A stretch of DNA of 64,000 nt from an uncultured Bacillota bacterium (GTDB lineage Bacteria; Bacillota; Dehalobacteriia; UBA7702), in assembly GCA_902796855.1 (NCBI GenBank), contig CADBQN010000016.1, positions 7,038-71,037 on the forward strand. Reading direction: 5' to 3'. The notes beneath the pieces were generated by a model. That model ran no database searches, was not told the origin of the DNA, and saw nothing but the letters and a program-made list of their open reading frames with translations. Shown here one piece after another: positions 48,594-59,114 of the stretch (positions are counted from its first letter, which is position 1; the number at the start of each line of letters is the position of its first letter). The translations under genes were made by a program, and so were the position numbers.

Positions 48594-49899
48594 TCCGGTC
48601 ATCGAGTACGTCGCCGCTGGGAGCATCGCCGAGGAATGCGGCATTGTCCCCGGTGAAAGACTGCTCGCCGTTAACGGTGTCCCGCTGAGGGACGTGATCG
48701 ATTATCAATATCTCACGGCCGACGAGGAACTGGCGCTTTCCGTTTGTGACGCGAACGGCAAAACCCGTTCCGTTACGCTGTCCAAAGACGAGGACGAGGA
48801 TCTCGGCATCGGTTTTCAGAGCGCCGTGTTTGACGGCATCCATAAATGCAAAAACCGCTGCGTTTTCTGTTTTGTCGATCAAATGATCCGGGGACAGCGT
48901 CCGTCTCTTTACGTGAAAGATGACGATTATCGCCTGTCGTTTCTTTACGGGAATTACATCACTTTGACGAACCTCTCCGATGAGGAACTGCGGCGAATCA
49001 GGGAACAGCGTCTCAGCCCGCTTTTCGTCTCCGTCCACTGTGTCGATGAAGATCTGCGGAAATCACTTTTAGGCATCAAAAAAGAGCGTCCCTTCCTGCC
49101 GCTTCTTAAAAGCTTATCCGAGGACGGCATTGACCTTCATGGACAGGTCGTTCTTGTTCCGGGCATGAACGACGGCGCGTATCTTCGGGAAACCATTGAA
49201 AAAATCGCCGCGATCAGCGGCTTTCGTTCCCTGGCTCTCGTACCGGTCGGATTGACCAAAAATCAGAACCCGGCGCTGCGTCCCTATAATAAGGAGCAGG
49301 CGAAAGAGATCCTTGAAACGGTAAATGAATACCAACAGCGCTTTTTAAAAGAGCGTGATACCCGCTTTGTTTTCGCTTCCGACGAGTTTTATCTTATCGC
49401 CGAAGCGGAAATTCCGCCGGAGGAGGCTTATGAGGATTATCCTCAGATCGAGAACGGTGTCGGTCTCATCCGCAGCTTCCGTGAGGATTTCTTCTTCGCC
49501 GAAGAGGAACTGGAACCGTTCCCGCGGGAGACCGCGGCGACGGTCATAACCGGTATCGACGGCGAAAAGGCGCTGCGGCCCATCGCGGAATCGTTGGCCG
49601 CGGAAAAGAACCTCCGCCTGGAACTCGTCGCGGTCCGCAATGCGTTTTTCGGCGATACCGTTACCGTTACGGGTCTGCTGACGGCGGGAGATATCATTAA
49701 GGCGTTAGAGGAAAAAGAAGGGGCAAAAGGTGTCTGCTTCCTGCCAGACGTCCTTTTAAAACACAATACCGATCTCTTGTTGGACGATATTTCCGTTGCG
49801 GAAATCGCCAAAAAGACGGGATATGAGATCCGTGTGACCGAAACAACCGGAGCTGCCCTGGCCGAGGCGTTCGGCGAATGGAGAGAAGAACTGATATGA
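48580..49899 (+). CDS. DUF512 protein: PDZ domain + radical-SAM-like CxxxCxxC
   Basis: 'CKNRCVFCF' motif, N-terminal PDZ-like 'GIVPGERLLAVNGVPL'; start ATG inside last codons of fumB; stop overlaps der start (ATGA). Confidence 0.7.
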   Translation: MKKYDPVIEYVAAGSIAEECGIVPGERLLAVNGVPLRDVIDYQYLTADEELALSVCDANGKTRSVTLSKDEDEDLGIGFQSAVFDGIHKCKNRCVFCFVDQMIRGQRPSLYVKDDDYRLSFLYGNYITLTNLSDEELRRIREQRLSPLFVSVHCVDEDLRKSLLGIKKERPFLPLLKSLSEDGIDLHGQVVLVPGMNDGAYLRETIEKIAAISGFRSLALVPVGLTKNQNPALRPYNKEQAKEILETVNEYQQRFLKERDTRFVFASDEFYLIAEAEIPPEEAYEDYPQIENGVGLIRSFREDFFFAEEELEPFPRETAATVITGIDGEKALRPIAESLAAEKNLRLELVAVRNAFFGDTVTVTGLLTAGDIIKALEEKEGAKGVCFLPDVLLKHNTDLLLDDISVAEIAKKTGYEIRVTETTGAALAEAFGEWREELI

Positions 49900-51215
49900 A
49901 ACCGATTGTCGCCCTTGTGGGCCGCCCCAATGTGGGGAAATCAACTTTATTCAACCGTATCATCGGTGAGCGCAAAGCCATCGTTGAGGATACGCCCGGC
50001 ATCACCCGGGACCGACTGTATGAAGACGCCGACTGGGGCGGTCATGATTTTATCCTGATCGACACCGGCGGCATCGATTTTGAAAATATAGAAGGTCAGA
50101 TCGAGTCCCGTATCTACCAGCAGGTCCTGCTGGCCATTGAAGAGGCCGACGTGATTGTTCTCGTCACCGACGGCATGGCCGGTCTGACCGAGGAAGACGC
50201 CCGCGCTGCCTCGATCCTGAAACGATCTCAAAAACCAATTGTTTTGGCGGTCAATAAAATTGACAATTTTGACAACGTCGATTATTATGATTTTTACAGG
50301 CTCGGCATCGGGGATCCCATTCCTATTTCCTCGATTCACGGGATGAATACGGGCGACCTCCTCGACGCCGTCGTTCAGGCTTTTCCTGTTTACGAACGGG
50401 ATGAAGATGATGAGGACGTCATCAAATTCGCGCTGATCGGCCGTCCGAATGTCGGCAAATCCTCCCTGTCCAACCGACTTTTGGGGGAAGAACGCACCAT
50501 CGTTTCGGATATCCCCGGCACGACCCGGGATTCCATTGACTCCTCTTTTGAGCAGGACGGGCAGAAGTATACGATGATCGACACTGCCGGTGTTCGCCGC
50601 CAGGGCAAAATCAAGGATACGACGGAAAAATACAGCATCATCCGCACGCTCCGCTCGGTGGACCGTTCCGACGTTGTCCTGATGCTCCTCGACGCCGTTG
50701 ACGGCGTGACGGAGCAGGATAAAAAAATCGCCGGTTACGCCCACAACGCGGGGAAGGGGATGCTCATCGTCGTCAACAAATGGGACGCCATTGAAAAAGA
50801 CGAAAAAACGATGAAAAAGTTTGAGGAAGATATCCGTGAGGAAATGGCTTTTCTCAGTTACGCGCCGATCGTGTACATCTCCGCATTGACGGGCCAGCGC
50901 GTTCACCGTGTTCTTCAGTGGGTCCGCTATATCTCGGAACAGCAAAACACCCGTGTCGCCACGTCCCGGCTGAATGAGGTCATCGGCGAGGCGCTGCGGC
51001 TGAACCCGCCGCCGACGGATAAGGGGAAAAAGTGCCGCATTCTCTACGGAACGCAGGTCGGCGTCAAACCGCCGAAAATCGCCCTCTATGTCAACGATCC
51101 TGAATTGGTCCACTTTTCTTATGAACGCTATCTGATCAATCAGCTGCGGCAGAATTTTGGTTTTGAGGGAACGCCGATCTGGCTGCTGATCCGAAAGAAC
51201 AATGAAAAAGAATGA
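49896..51215 (+). CDS. der: Ribosome-associated GTPase Der (EngA), tandem GTPase domains
   Basis: 'MKPIVALVGRPNVGKSTLFNR' and second 'IGRPNVGKSSL' G1 motifs; KH-like C-terminus. Confidence 0.95.
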   Translation: MKPIVALVGRPNVGKSTLFNRIIGERKAIVEDTPGITRDRLYEDADWGGHDFILIDTGGIDFENIEGQIESRIYQQVLLAIEEADVIVLVTDGMAGLTEEDARAASILKRSQKPIVLAVNKIDNFDNVDYYDFYRLGIGDPIPISSIHGMNTGDLLDAVVQAFPVYERDEDDEDVIKFALIGRPNVGKSSLSNRLLGEERTIVSDIPGTTRDSIDSSFEQDGQKYTMIDTAGVRRQGKIKDTTEKYSIIRTLRSVDRSDVVLMLLDAVDGVTEQDKKIAGYAHNAGKGMLIVVNKWDAIEKDEKTMKKFEEDIREEMAFLSYAPIVYISALTGQRVHRVLQWVRYISEQQNTRVATSRLNEVIGEALRLNPPPTDKGKKCRILYGTQVGVKPPKIALYVNDPELVHFSYERYLINQLRQNFGFEGTPIWLLIRKNNEKE

Positions 51216-51230
51216 GCGGAGGCGAATCAA

Positions 51231-51854
51231 ATGTTCCTGACAATTCTCGCCCTGGTCGCCGCCTATTTTATCGGTTCGATACCTTGGGCGTACATCATTT
51301 CAAATTACATCTGCCATATCAATATCATGGAGCACGGCAGCGGCAATGTCGGCGCGACGAATACCTTTCGCGTCCTCGGGCCGAAATACGGTTCCATTGT
51401 ATTCCTGCTCGATCTGGGCAAAGGATTTATCGCCGCGATGATCGGCGGTCTCGTCGGCGGCGACGCGCTGACGGTCTGGACGGGGCTCATTGCCATCGTC
51501 GCGCACACCCTCTCTATTTTCCTGCGTTTTAAAGGCGGCAAGGGGGTCGCCACCGGCGCCGGCGTCATTTTCTGGTGGTGCCCGCCGGCTATCATCTGCG
51601 CGTTGATCGTTTGGGCGATCCTGGCGCTGACGACGGGCTATATTTCCATCGCCTCGATCATCGCCTGCCTCAGCTGCTGTGTTTTTATCTGGCTTTTTAA
51701 CGGTACCGGCCTGGAAATCTTCTTCTGCTGCCTTGCCGTGGCTTATATTGTTTATAAACACAGGAGCAACATCAAGCGATTGTTTCAAGGAACCGAAAAC
51801 AGGGTCGATTGGAAAAAAGTACTGGAAAAGAGGAAAAACAAACATAAAGAATAA
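51231..51854 (+). CDS. plsY: Glycerol-3-phosphate acyltransferase PlsY
   Basis: 'MFLTILALVAAYFIGSIPWAYI ... GSGNVGATN' PlsY motifs. Confidence 0.9.
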   Translation: MFLTILALVAAYFIGSIPWAYIISNYICHINIMEHGSGNVGATNTFRVLGPKYGSIVFLLDLGKGFIAAMIGGLVGGDALTVWTGLIAIVAHTLSIFLRFKGGKGVATGAGVIFWWCPPAIICALIVWAILALTTGYISIASIIACLSCCVFIWLFNGTGLEIFFCCLAVAYIVYKHRSNIKRLFQGTENRVDWKKVLEKRKNKHKE

Positions 51855-51972
51855 CAGATTGAAAGAACCTGCCGCCGACGACGGCGGTTCTTTTCATTTT
51901 CGCATATTCGCTCCTCCCGTTCATATAATGAAATGAACATTCCCGCTGAAAGCGGTTGAGGGAGGGAAATGA

Positions 51973-53451
51973 TTGGAAAAGACAGACGTATTGGAGAACA
52001 TCACTGAACGGACGGGCGGCGATATTTATCTTGGTGTTGTCGGCCCCGTACGCACGGGAAAATCGACGTTTATCCGCAGATTCATGGAATTGCTCGTCCT
52101 TCCCAATATCGAGGAATTCCATGACCGTGAAGTCGCCCGGGACGAATTGCCCCAAAGCGGCACCGGGCGCACCGTGATGACGACGGAACCGAAATTCATT
52201 CCGGCCAACGCGGTGGAGATCAGTGTAAAAGAGGGCATCGATATGAGGGTGCGGATGGTGGACTGCGTCGGCTACGTTGTCCCCGGCGCCCTCGGTTTTG
52301 ATGAGGATGAGGCGCCGAGAATGGTGCGCTCCCCCTGGAGCGATGAGGAAATCTCCTTTGAGGAAGCGGCGGAAACGGGAACGCGAAAAGTCATCGCGGA
52401 TCATTCCACCATCGGACTGCTCGTCACCACCGACGGTTCCGTCACTGAGATCGAACGGGAAAACTATATCGAGGCGGAACGCCGTGTTGTCGGGGAACTG
52501 AAAGAACTGGAAAAACCTTTTGTCATCATTTTGAACTCCGCTGTCCCCGACAGTGAGGAAACACAAGCGCTGGCCGAACGAATGAGAGAGGAGTATGACG
52601 TTTCCGTCATAGCCTTAGACGCCATGAACATGGCGGGCGACGACGTTATTTCCGTTTTGAACGAGGCTCTTTATGAATTCCCCGTCACGGAAATCGACGT
52701 CCACCTTCCCGATTGGCTCAGCGAAACGGAGGAAGATCACTGGCTGAGAAAGAAAATGGTCAGCGCCGTTGACAGCGCGGCGGAAAGCATCGTCCGGATC
52801 AGAGATCTTGACCGCGCGCTGGATCAGCTCGATGAAATGGAAGAGACGGAAAGCGCGTCCCTGCTCCAGATGGATCTCAGCACCGGTATATCCCGTCTGG
52901 CCGTGAAGATCCGCGACAGTCTTTTTCGCGGGGTGCTCGGGGAATACGCCGGTGAGGAAATCTGCGGCGATGAGACCGTAATGCGGCTGATGCGAAAGTT
53001 CTCCGCTTCGGATCGGGAGTGGAGCAAAATGAAAGACGCCATGAACGACGTCCGCGACAGCGGTTACGGCATCGTCAATCCGCAGATCGACGAGATGTAC
53101 CTGGAAGAACCGGAACTGATTAAAGAGGGGGGACGCTTTGGCGTCAAGCTGAAAGCCTCTGCGCCGAGCTACCACGTGATCCGGGCGAATATTTCCACGG
53201 AAATCACGCCTTTGGTCGGGACGGAAAAACAGTGCGAGGAATTGGTGCGTTATATTTTAGATGAGTTTGAGGACGATCCCCGAAAGATGTGGGAAACCAA
53301 TATCTTCGGCAAATCCCTGAACACCCTCGTACAGGAAGGAATCCAAAGCAAGCTCTGCACCATGCCGGACACGGCCAGAGAAAAACTACAGGTCACTCTG
53401 GAGCGTCTCGTCAATGACGGCGGCGGCGGGATCATCTGCATCATTCTGTGA
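51973..53451 (+). CDS. spoIVA: Stage IV sporulation protein A (spore coat morphogenetic ATPase)
   Basis: TTG start after GGAGGGA; 'ITERTGGDIYLGVVGPVRTGKSTFI' near-identical to B. subtilis SpoIVA Walker A region. Confidence 0.9.
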   Translation: MEKTDVLENITERTGGDIYLGVVGPVRTGKSTFIRRFMELLVLPNIEEFHDREVARDELPQSGTGRTVMTTEPKFIPANAVEISVKEGIDMRVRMVDCVGYVVPGALGFDEDEAPRMVRSPWSDEEISFEEAAETGTRKVIADHSTIGLLVTTDGSVTEIERENYIEAERRVVGELKELEKPFVIILNSAVPDSEETQALAERMREEYDVSVIALDAMNMAGDDVISVLNEALYEFPVTEIDVHLPDWLSETEEDHWLRKKMVSAVDSAAESIVRIRDLDRALDQLDEMEETESASLLQMDLSTGISRLAVKIRDSLFRGVLGEYAGEEICGDETVMRLMRKFSASDREWSKMKDAMNDVRDSGYGIVNPQIDEMYLEEPELIKEGGRFGVKLKASAPSYHVIRANISTEITPLVGTEKQCEELVRYILDEFEDDPRKMWETNIFGKSLNTLVQEGIQSKLCTMPDTAREKLQVTLERLVNDGGGGIICIIL

Positions 53452-53459
53452 CTTTTTCG

Positions 53460-53490
53460 GAATCAGGTCTTCGCGCCTGATTCTTTTTTT
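53460..53490 (+). terminator. Intrinsic terminator after spoIVA (GAATCAGG...CCTGATTC + TTTTTTT)
   Basis: 8-bp stem, 7-T run. Confidence 0.55.
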
Positions 53491-53565
53491 ATTTCACAAT
53501 CTGTGATATAATGATCCATGGAAGCGCCAAACGTATCAGCGCTTCCTTCAATGGAGATAAACAGC

Positions 53566-56346
53566 ATGAAATGGGTTATCATTGACCTGGAAACGACGGG
53601 TCTCGATCCAAAAAAGGATAAAATCATCGAAATCGGCGCTGTGCTCCTCAGCGACAAGGGAGAGCGCCGCCATTTTCATTCCCTTATCAATCCGGAGGAG
53701 CCGCTGCGGCGCGTCATAACGGAGCTGACCGGCATATCCGACGAAATGCTCCTCGGGCAGCCTCTCTTAGAGGAAATTCTTCCTGATTTAATTCAATTCA
53801 TCGACGACGCTGTTCCCGTCGCCCACAACGCCTCTTTTGACGGTTCTTTTTTGGAGCCCTATCTCGGCGCGGGGAGCGACGAGTGGCTGGACACCATCGT
53901 CCTCAGCAAAATGGTCTTTCCGATGCTGGAAAGCTACTCACTGACAAATCTCATTGAGTATTTTGATATCGATACGCCGCGGCACCATCGTGCCTTGGCT
54001 GACGCCGAAGCGACGGCGGATCTTTTCCTTCTGATTCGGGAAGCGCTGAGAAAAACGGATAAAGGGATCCTCGCGGCGTGGGTCAGCCTTTTGAGCGACA
54101 GCCATTTTGTCTACTGTGATTTTTTGGAAGAGTTCGATCCCGATATGTTCGCCGAAGCCTATCTGCCGCCGAAACCGTCGGCAGCCAAAGAAGGGGATGA
54201 GCTCTCCGACCACGATGGTGAAACCGAAAAATACATCATTGACCGCAGGGAAATGCGCCGCGTTTTTGACGACGAGGACGGTTTAAAAAGATTCGTCTCA
54301 GGTTACAGACCGCGGGAATCGCAGATTCAGATGGCCGATGCCGTCTGCGAAGCGTTCAACAATGATGAATATCTATTGGCGGAGGCCGGAACCGGTACGG
54401 GGAAAACCATCGCTTATTTGGTTCCGTCGGTCCTGCTGAGTCTCAAAGGCGGTCATCCCGTCATCGTCAGCACTCATACGATCCACTTGCAGGATCAGAT
54501 TATGAGGAAAGATATTCCCGAGCTGAACAACTGCTTCCGCGGGGCGATTCGTTCCGCCCTGATCAAAGGCAGGAATCATTATCTTTGTTTCCGCAAATGG
54601 GAGTGGGAATATGAAAACGGCGACCATGACGACGCCTTCTTTATGGCGCGGATTTTGCCCTGGGTCTGCGAAACGGAAGACGGCGACGGTGACGTGCTCA
54701 ATCTGAATAAGTATGAAAAAAGGACCTGGCAGCGATTTTCCGCCTCCTCCGAAAACTGTCTCGGCGTGCGCTGTCCCTATTATCACAGCCGCTGCTTCGT
54801 CCGCCGGGCGAGGAAAGAAGGGGAGCGGGCGCATCTCATTATCATCAATCACTCCCTTTTGCTGACGGATTCGGTGATGGGCGGCGGCATTCTGCCCAAC
54901 AGCGGTTATTTGATCATCGACGAGGCCCATCAGCTGGAGACCGTCGCGGAGAATTCCCTCGGCGGCAGCTTTTCCTTTTACGATCACGTCGGCATGATCT
55001 CTGAATTGACGTCGATTTTACAGAAATTGCTGCGCCGCGTCTCTCTTCCCGATCTGTACGCGAAGGAAGAAAGCCTGGATAAAACGAGAGAAAAACAGGA
55101 TTTTCTCAGTGATCTCATGGATGAGCTCCGGGAAAACGGGGAGAAGGGAAAGGAATGTTTTTCCGCCATTAAGGAACTTCTCGATTATTGCGCCAAATAT
55201 GAGCAAATGACCTTTCGCACGCTGCGGATCAGTGAAAAGATCCGTTCCCGGGCGTTTTGGAGCGACACGGAAACCGCCATTGAGAACCTGCGCCTCTGGT
55301 ATGAGGATATCTTAAATCAATTGAGCAGGACCGCGGCACTTTTCGACGCGGAGCTGGAAGAGGACGGCAACGAGAAAGAAAAGATCCGTTTTGCCGTGAT
55401 CCGTTCCGCGCTGACGGAAAACGCGGCGATTCTCACGTCGTTCCTCGGCGGTGAGGAGGAAAATACCGTCGCCTGGCTGGAAGAAGGGAACGAACGGGCG
55501 CTCTACCCCATTTTAAAGACGGCTCCGCTGCGCATCGATCAGGCCTTGGCGAAAACGCTTTACAGCCATAAGGAAAGCGTCGTGTTCGTATCGGCGACAC
55601 TGAGCGTCAATAGGAATTTTAAGTACTATCGCGAGACCTGCGGAATTGATCTTGCCGAAAAGAAAGTCTCTGAGCTGCTGCTCCCGTCGCCTTTTGATTA
55701 CAAAAAACATGCCGCGCTGCTGGCGGCTACCGATGTCCCCCTTGTCGGGACGGTCTCGGAATTCGATTATCTGGATCATATCGCCGAAACGGTCATTTCC
55801 CTGACGGCGGCGGCAAAGGGAAGGACTCTTGTCCTCTTTACTTCCCATATGCATTTGCGGGAAGTCTACCGCCGCGTGGAAAAACCCCTGATGGAAAAGG
55901 GGATTAACGTTTTGGCGCATGAGATCAGCGGCACCCGCTCGACCATTTTAAAAAAGATGCGGGAAGACAGCCGCACGGTCATTCTCGGCGCGAACAGTTT
56001 TTGGGAGGGGATCGATATCGCCGGGGAGAACCTCAGCCTGCTGATCATCGTTCGCCTGCCGTTCTGGCCGCCGGATATCCCGACCATCGCCGCGAAATCG
56101 GATCTTCTCAAAGCGGAGAACCGCAACGCTTTCGCCGAGCTCAGCCTCCCCCAGGCCATCATCCGTTTTAAACAGGGTTTTGGCCGTCTGCTGCGAAAAG
56201 AAAATGACCGGGGAATCGTCTGTGTCCTCGATAAGCGCATTTACGAGAAGCGATACGGCAGTGATTTCGTCGATTCTCTGCCCGTTCCTACGCTGTATCA
56301 CGGCACCGTCGAGGAGATCTCCCGTCTGATTGAGGAAAAGTTATAA
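53566..56346 (+). CDS. dinG: Bifunctional 3'-5' exonuclease / ATP-dependent helicase DinG (Firmicutes type)
   Basis: N-terminal DnaQ-like 'WVIIDLETTGLDP ... IEIGAV ... AHNASFD', then DEAH-box helicase 'AGTGTGKT ... IIDEAHQL'; start at internal ATG with GGAGA RBS. Confidence 0.85.
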   Translation: MKWVIIDLETTGLDPKKDKIIEIGAVLLSDKGERRHFHSLINPEEPLRRVITELTGISDEMLLGQPLLEEILPDLIQFIDDAVPVAHNASFDGSFLEPYLGAGSDEWLDTIVLSKMVFPMLESYSLTNLIEYFDIDTPRHHRALADAEATADLFLLIREALRKTDKGILAAWVSLLSDSHFVYCDFLEEFDPDMFAEAYLPPKPSAAKEGDELSDHDGETEKYIIDRREMRRVFDDEDGLKRFVSGYRPRESQIQMADAVCEAFNNDEYLLAEAGTGTGKTIAYLVPSVLLSLKGGHPVIVSTHTIHLQDQIMRKDIPELNNCFRGAIRSALIKGRNHYLCFRKWEWEYENGDHDDAFFMARILPWVCETEDGDGDVLNLNKYEKRTWQRFSASSENCLGVRCPYYHSRCFVRRARKEGERAHLIIINHSLLLTDSVMGGGILPNSGYLIIDEAHQLETVAENSLGGSFSFYDHVGMISELTSILQKLLRRVSLPDLYAKEESLDKTREKQDFLSDLMDELRENGEKGKECFSAIKELLDYCAKYEQMTFRTLRISEKIRSRAFWSDTETAIENLRLWYEDILNQLSRTAALFDAELEEDGNEKEKIRFAVIRSALTENAAILTSFLGGEEENTVAWLEEGNERALYPILKTAPLRIDQALAKTLYSHKESVVFVSATLSVNRNFKYYRETCGIDLAEKKVSELLLPSPFDYKKHAALLAATDVPLVGTVSEFDYLDHIAETVISLTAAAKGRTLVLFTSHMHLREVYRRVEKPLMEKGINVLAHEISGTRSTILKKMREDSRTVILGANSFWEGIDIAGENLSLLIIVRLPFWPPDIPTIAAKSDLLKAENRNAFAELSLPQAIIRFKQGFGRLLRKENDRGIVCVLDKRIYEKRYGSDFVDSLPVPTLYHGTVEEISRLIEEKL

Positions 56347-56475
56347 TTCTTTCTCACCGTCATATAATGGGAATAAAGCTATACTTGAGGTGGCGGCAAT
56401 GAGAGTCTTATTCCTGAAAGTGCCTTCCGGTCTAAAGAAACTGCTGAAAAAATTCATTCACTGAACATAAAACGG

Positions 56476-56510
56476 AAAAGGGATCTGCGCGAAATCGCCG
56501 GATCCCTTTT
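56476..56510. terminator. Bidirectional terminator (AAAAGGGATC...GATCCCTTTT)
   Basis: Perfect 10-bp inverted repeat between convergent dinG and the membrane-protein gene. Confidence 0.55.
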
Positions 56511-56539
56511 ATATCATGTCCTTATTATATCATTGGAGG

Positions 56540-56902
56540 TCAGCGCGTTCTGCCGAAAAACTCGCCGCAGAAAACGGAGAGAAGAACAGAGACGCCTTTT
56601 TTCAGCAGCGAGGAAGGGCTGAAAACACCGAAAAACAAAGAGGTGGCCGCCAGGGCGACGATGATGACGAAACTCAATAAAATCGGTCGGGACGCTTTAA
56701 AGAACGGCGTTGCCCGCGCCTGAGCGAAACTTCCGCAAAAAGACGCTAATGCCAGAGCCACGTGGGAAAAGAGCGGCAGGATCTTTCCGTTCAGGGGAAG
56801 GAGCGTAAACAGCGCGGCGAAAACCAGCGAGGAAACGAGAAGAATGACCAAAACCCAAAAGCAAGCGTGAAACAAAGTTCTTTCCGTCGAATACGAGTTC
56901 AT
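56540..56902 (-). CDS. Small integral membrane protein (about 120 aa)
   Basis: Three or four hydrophobic helices; start set at MNSYSTER with AAGGGGG RBS. Confidence 0.45.
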   Translation of the reverse strand: MNSYSTERTLFHACFWVLVILLVSSLVFAALFTLLPLNGKILPLFSHVALALASFCGSFAQARATPFFKASRPILLSFVIIVALAATSLFFGVFSPSSLLKKGVSVLLSVFCGEFFGRTR

Positions 56903-57018
56903 TTTTACCCCCTTAAAATAGTCAAAATATTTATCTTCCTTTTCCTTGACGGATGGGCGGAAAAACAATAGAATATATATGATACTCTTTAAACAAATAT
57001 GACAGAGAGGTTTTAAAC

Positions 57019-57597
57019 ATGGAAACGAGAATTGATAAAGAGCGAATCGAAGCGGCTTTTAAAGAAATCTTATTGGCCATCGGTGAAGATGTTGACCGGG
57101 AAGGTTTGAAGGAAACACCGTCCCGGGTCGCCCGTATGTACGAGGAAATTTTTTCCGGTCTCCACGCGGATCCCAGCGAACATCTGCTGAAGCAGTTTTC
57201 CGCGGAACACCATGATGAAATGGTCCTGATTAAGGACATCCCCGTATATTCCATGTGCGAACATCACTTCATGCCCTTTTACGGCGTGGCGCATGTCGCC
57301 TATATACCGAAAAAGAACGGCGCCATCACCGGCCTTTCCAAAATCGCCCGCACCGTCGAGGGCTACGCCAAACGGCCCCAGGTCCAGGAACGTCTGACGA
57401 CGGAAATCGCCGACGCGGTGATGAGCCGCCTCAATCCCCACGGCGTTCTCGTCGTGATCGAGGCGGAACATATGTGCATGACCATGCGCGGCGTGAAAAA
57501 ACCGGGCTCCAAAACGATCACTTCCGCTGTCCGCGGCTCCTTTAAGACCAACGACGCCACCCGCGCCGAAGCTTTCGCTTTGATTAACGGAAAATAA
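57019..57597 (+). CDS. folE: GTP cyclohydrolase I
   Basis: '[16 protein letters not shown] ... [11 protein letters not shown]' FolE signature. Confidence 0.9.
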   Translation: METRIDKERIEAAFKEILLAIGEDVDREGLKETPSRVARMYEEIFSGLHADPSEHLLKQFSAEHHDEMVLIKDIPVYSMCEHHFMPFYGVAHVAYIPKKNGAITGLSKIARTVEGYAKRPQVQERLTTEIADAVMSRLNPHGVLVVIEAEHMCMTMRGVKKPGSKTITSAVRGSFKTNDATRAEAFALINGK

Positions 57598-57601
57598 TCC
57601 G

Positions 57602-57787
57602 ATGGAAGAAAAAAAGCAGGAAGAACGTCTGAACATGATCGCTCAGAAAAACTTCGCGCGGCGGGACGACATGTACGAGATTGTTGATTTTTTGAATAAG
57701 AATTTGAAGGAATACGGTCTGATGTTCGGTTTGAAAATTGACGATGAGCAAAAGGATAAAATGACGATCAAGATTTATGAGGTATGA
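57602..57787 (+). CDS. Small hypothetical protein (61 aa)
   Basis: Tightly packed between folE and lepB; charged, no recognised family. Confidence 0.35.
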   Translation: MEEKKQEERLNMIAQKNFARRDDMYEIVDFLNKNLKEYGLMFGLKIDDEQKDKMTIKIYEV

Positions 57788-57789
57788 CC

Positions 57790-58329
57790 ATGAAATTTCT
57801 TTCCGCACTGAAAGAGTTTTTAATTACGTTTCTGCTGGCTGTTATTATCGCCGTTATCCTGAAATTCTTTATCGTCGATTCCTGTAAACTGCTATCGGAC
57901 TCCATGGCGACGACGCTGAATACCGGCGACCGCATCATCGTTTTTAAACTCGCCTATAAATTCGGCGACCCAGAGCGCGGCGACATCATCATCTTTGACC
58001 CGCCGGCGGAAATGGACGAGGGGACCGAGTTCATTAAACGAATCGTCGGGCTTCCCGGCGACGTTGTGGAGGTCAAAGCCAACGACGGTGTTTACATCAA
58101 CGGCGAGTTCCTTGAGGAATCCTATATCACCGAGATCCCTAATTACGATTTCGGCCCCGTTACCGTTCCCGAGGGGAATTACATTGTCTTCGGTGATAAT
58201 CGCAACCGAAGCGCCGACAGCCACTATTGGTCTTATCCCTTTATCACCTTCGATGATATTGACGGTAAGGCCGTCTGCCGTTATTTCCCTTTTAACGCGA
58301 TGACCACTTATCCCACTGTGGAGTATTGA
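57790..58329 (+). CDS. lepB: Signal peptidase I (S26 family)
   Basis: 'SDSMATTLNTGDRIIV' Ser nucleophile box and 'GDNRNRSADSHYWS' box E. Confidence 0.85.
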   Translation: MKFLSALKEFLITFLLAVIIAVILKFFIVDSCKLLSDSMATTLNTGDRIIVFKLAYKFGDPERGDIIIFDPPAEMDEGTEFIKRIVGLPGDVVEVKANDGVYINGEFLEESYITEIPNYDFGPVTVPEGNYIVFGDNRNRSADSHYWSYPFITFDDIDGKAVCRYFPFNAMTTYPTVEY

Positions 58330-58331
58330 AC

Positions 58332-59114
58332 ATGAAAATCCTGATTGTGAATGATGACGGTGCCCGGGGAGAAGGGCTCCACGCCCTGATCCGCGCTTTA
58401 AAAGACGAGCATGATGTCACCGTCGTCGTGCCCGAAATCGAACAGAGCGGCAAAAGCCATTCCATGACCTTTTTCGATCCGCTCTATTTTAATAAGATCC
58501 ACCTTGCCGAAGCGGATTACGACGTTTATACCGTCAAGGGAACTCCCGGGGACTGTGTGCTGATGGCGCTTGACCAGATTGTTGAAGACCGACCCGATTT
58601 GCTGCTTTCCGGCATCAACAAAGGGTTCAACACCGCCGGCGCCATTATTTATTCCGGCACCGTTTCCGCCGCATTTGAAGGCGCCAACCGCGGGATACCC
58701 TCCATCGCGCTTTCCGCCGGATTTATCGACGTCGATTTTGATGAAGTGGCGCGCGTCTTCCGGATGATGCTCCCCGCGTTTACGGCGGAAAAAGAGGTCT
58801 TTTTTTACAACGTCAATTTCCCGACGGTCCCGCTGAAGGAAATCCGCGGCATACGGAAAACGACCATCGATCCGCTGGTCGTGACGGAGTGTATGGAAAA
58901 GCGGATCGATCCCTTTTACCGCGCGTATTACTGGCATTCCTACAACGGTCACAACAACAAGGAATTTCATTACGCCGAAGGCAGTGATTTAGACGCGCTC
59001 GATAAAAAGTTTATCTCCGTTACACCGCTGAAACTCAACTATTTTGACGAGAAGAAATTTCAGTCCATGGACGATTTCAGCGCCGTTTTTGACGCGGTAA
59101 AAGCGATGAAATGA
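58332..59114 (+). CDS. surE: 5'/3'-nucleotidase SurE
   Basis: 'MKILIVNDDGARGEGLHAL' SurE N-terminus (DDG). Confidence 0.9.
   Translation: MKILIVNDDGARGEGLHALIRALKDEHDVTVVVPEIEQSGKSHSMTFFDPLYFNKIHLAEADYDVYTVKGTPGDCVLMALDQIVEDRPDLLLSGINKGFNTAGAIIYSGTVSAAFEGANRGIPSIALSAGFIDVDFDEVARVFRMMLPAFTAEKEVFFYNVNFPTVPLKEIRGIRKTTIDPLVVTECMEKRIDPFYRAYYWHSYNGHNNKEFHYAEGSDLDALDKKFISVTPLKLNYFDEKKFQSMDDFSAVFDAVKAMK

Noticed and set aside
56399-56464. 21-aa ORF (MRVLFLKVPSGLKKLLKKFIH) after dinG with a GGTGG RBS
   Set aside because: Too short and unsupported; it lies between the dinG stop and a bidirectional terminator. It is only a weak possibility for a micro-protein.
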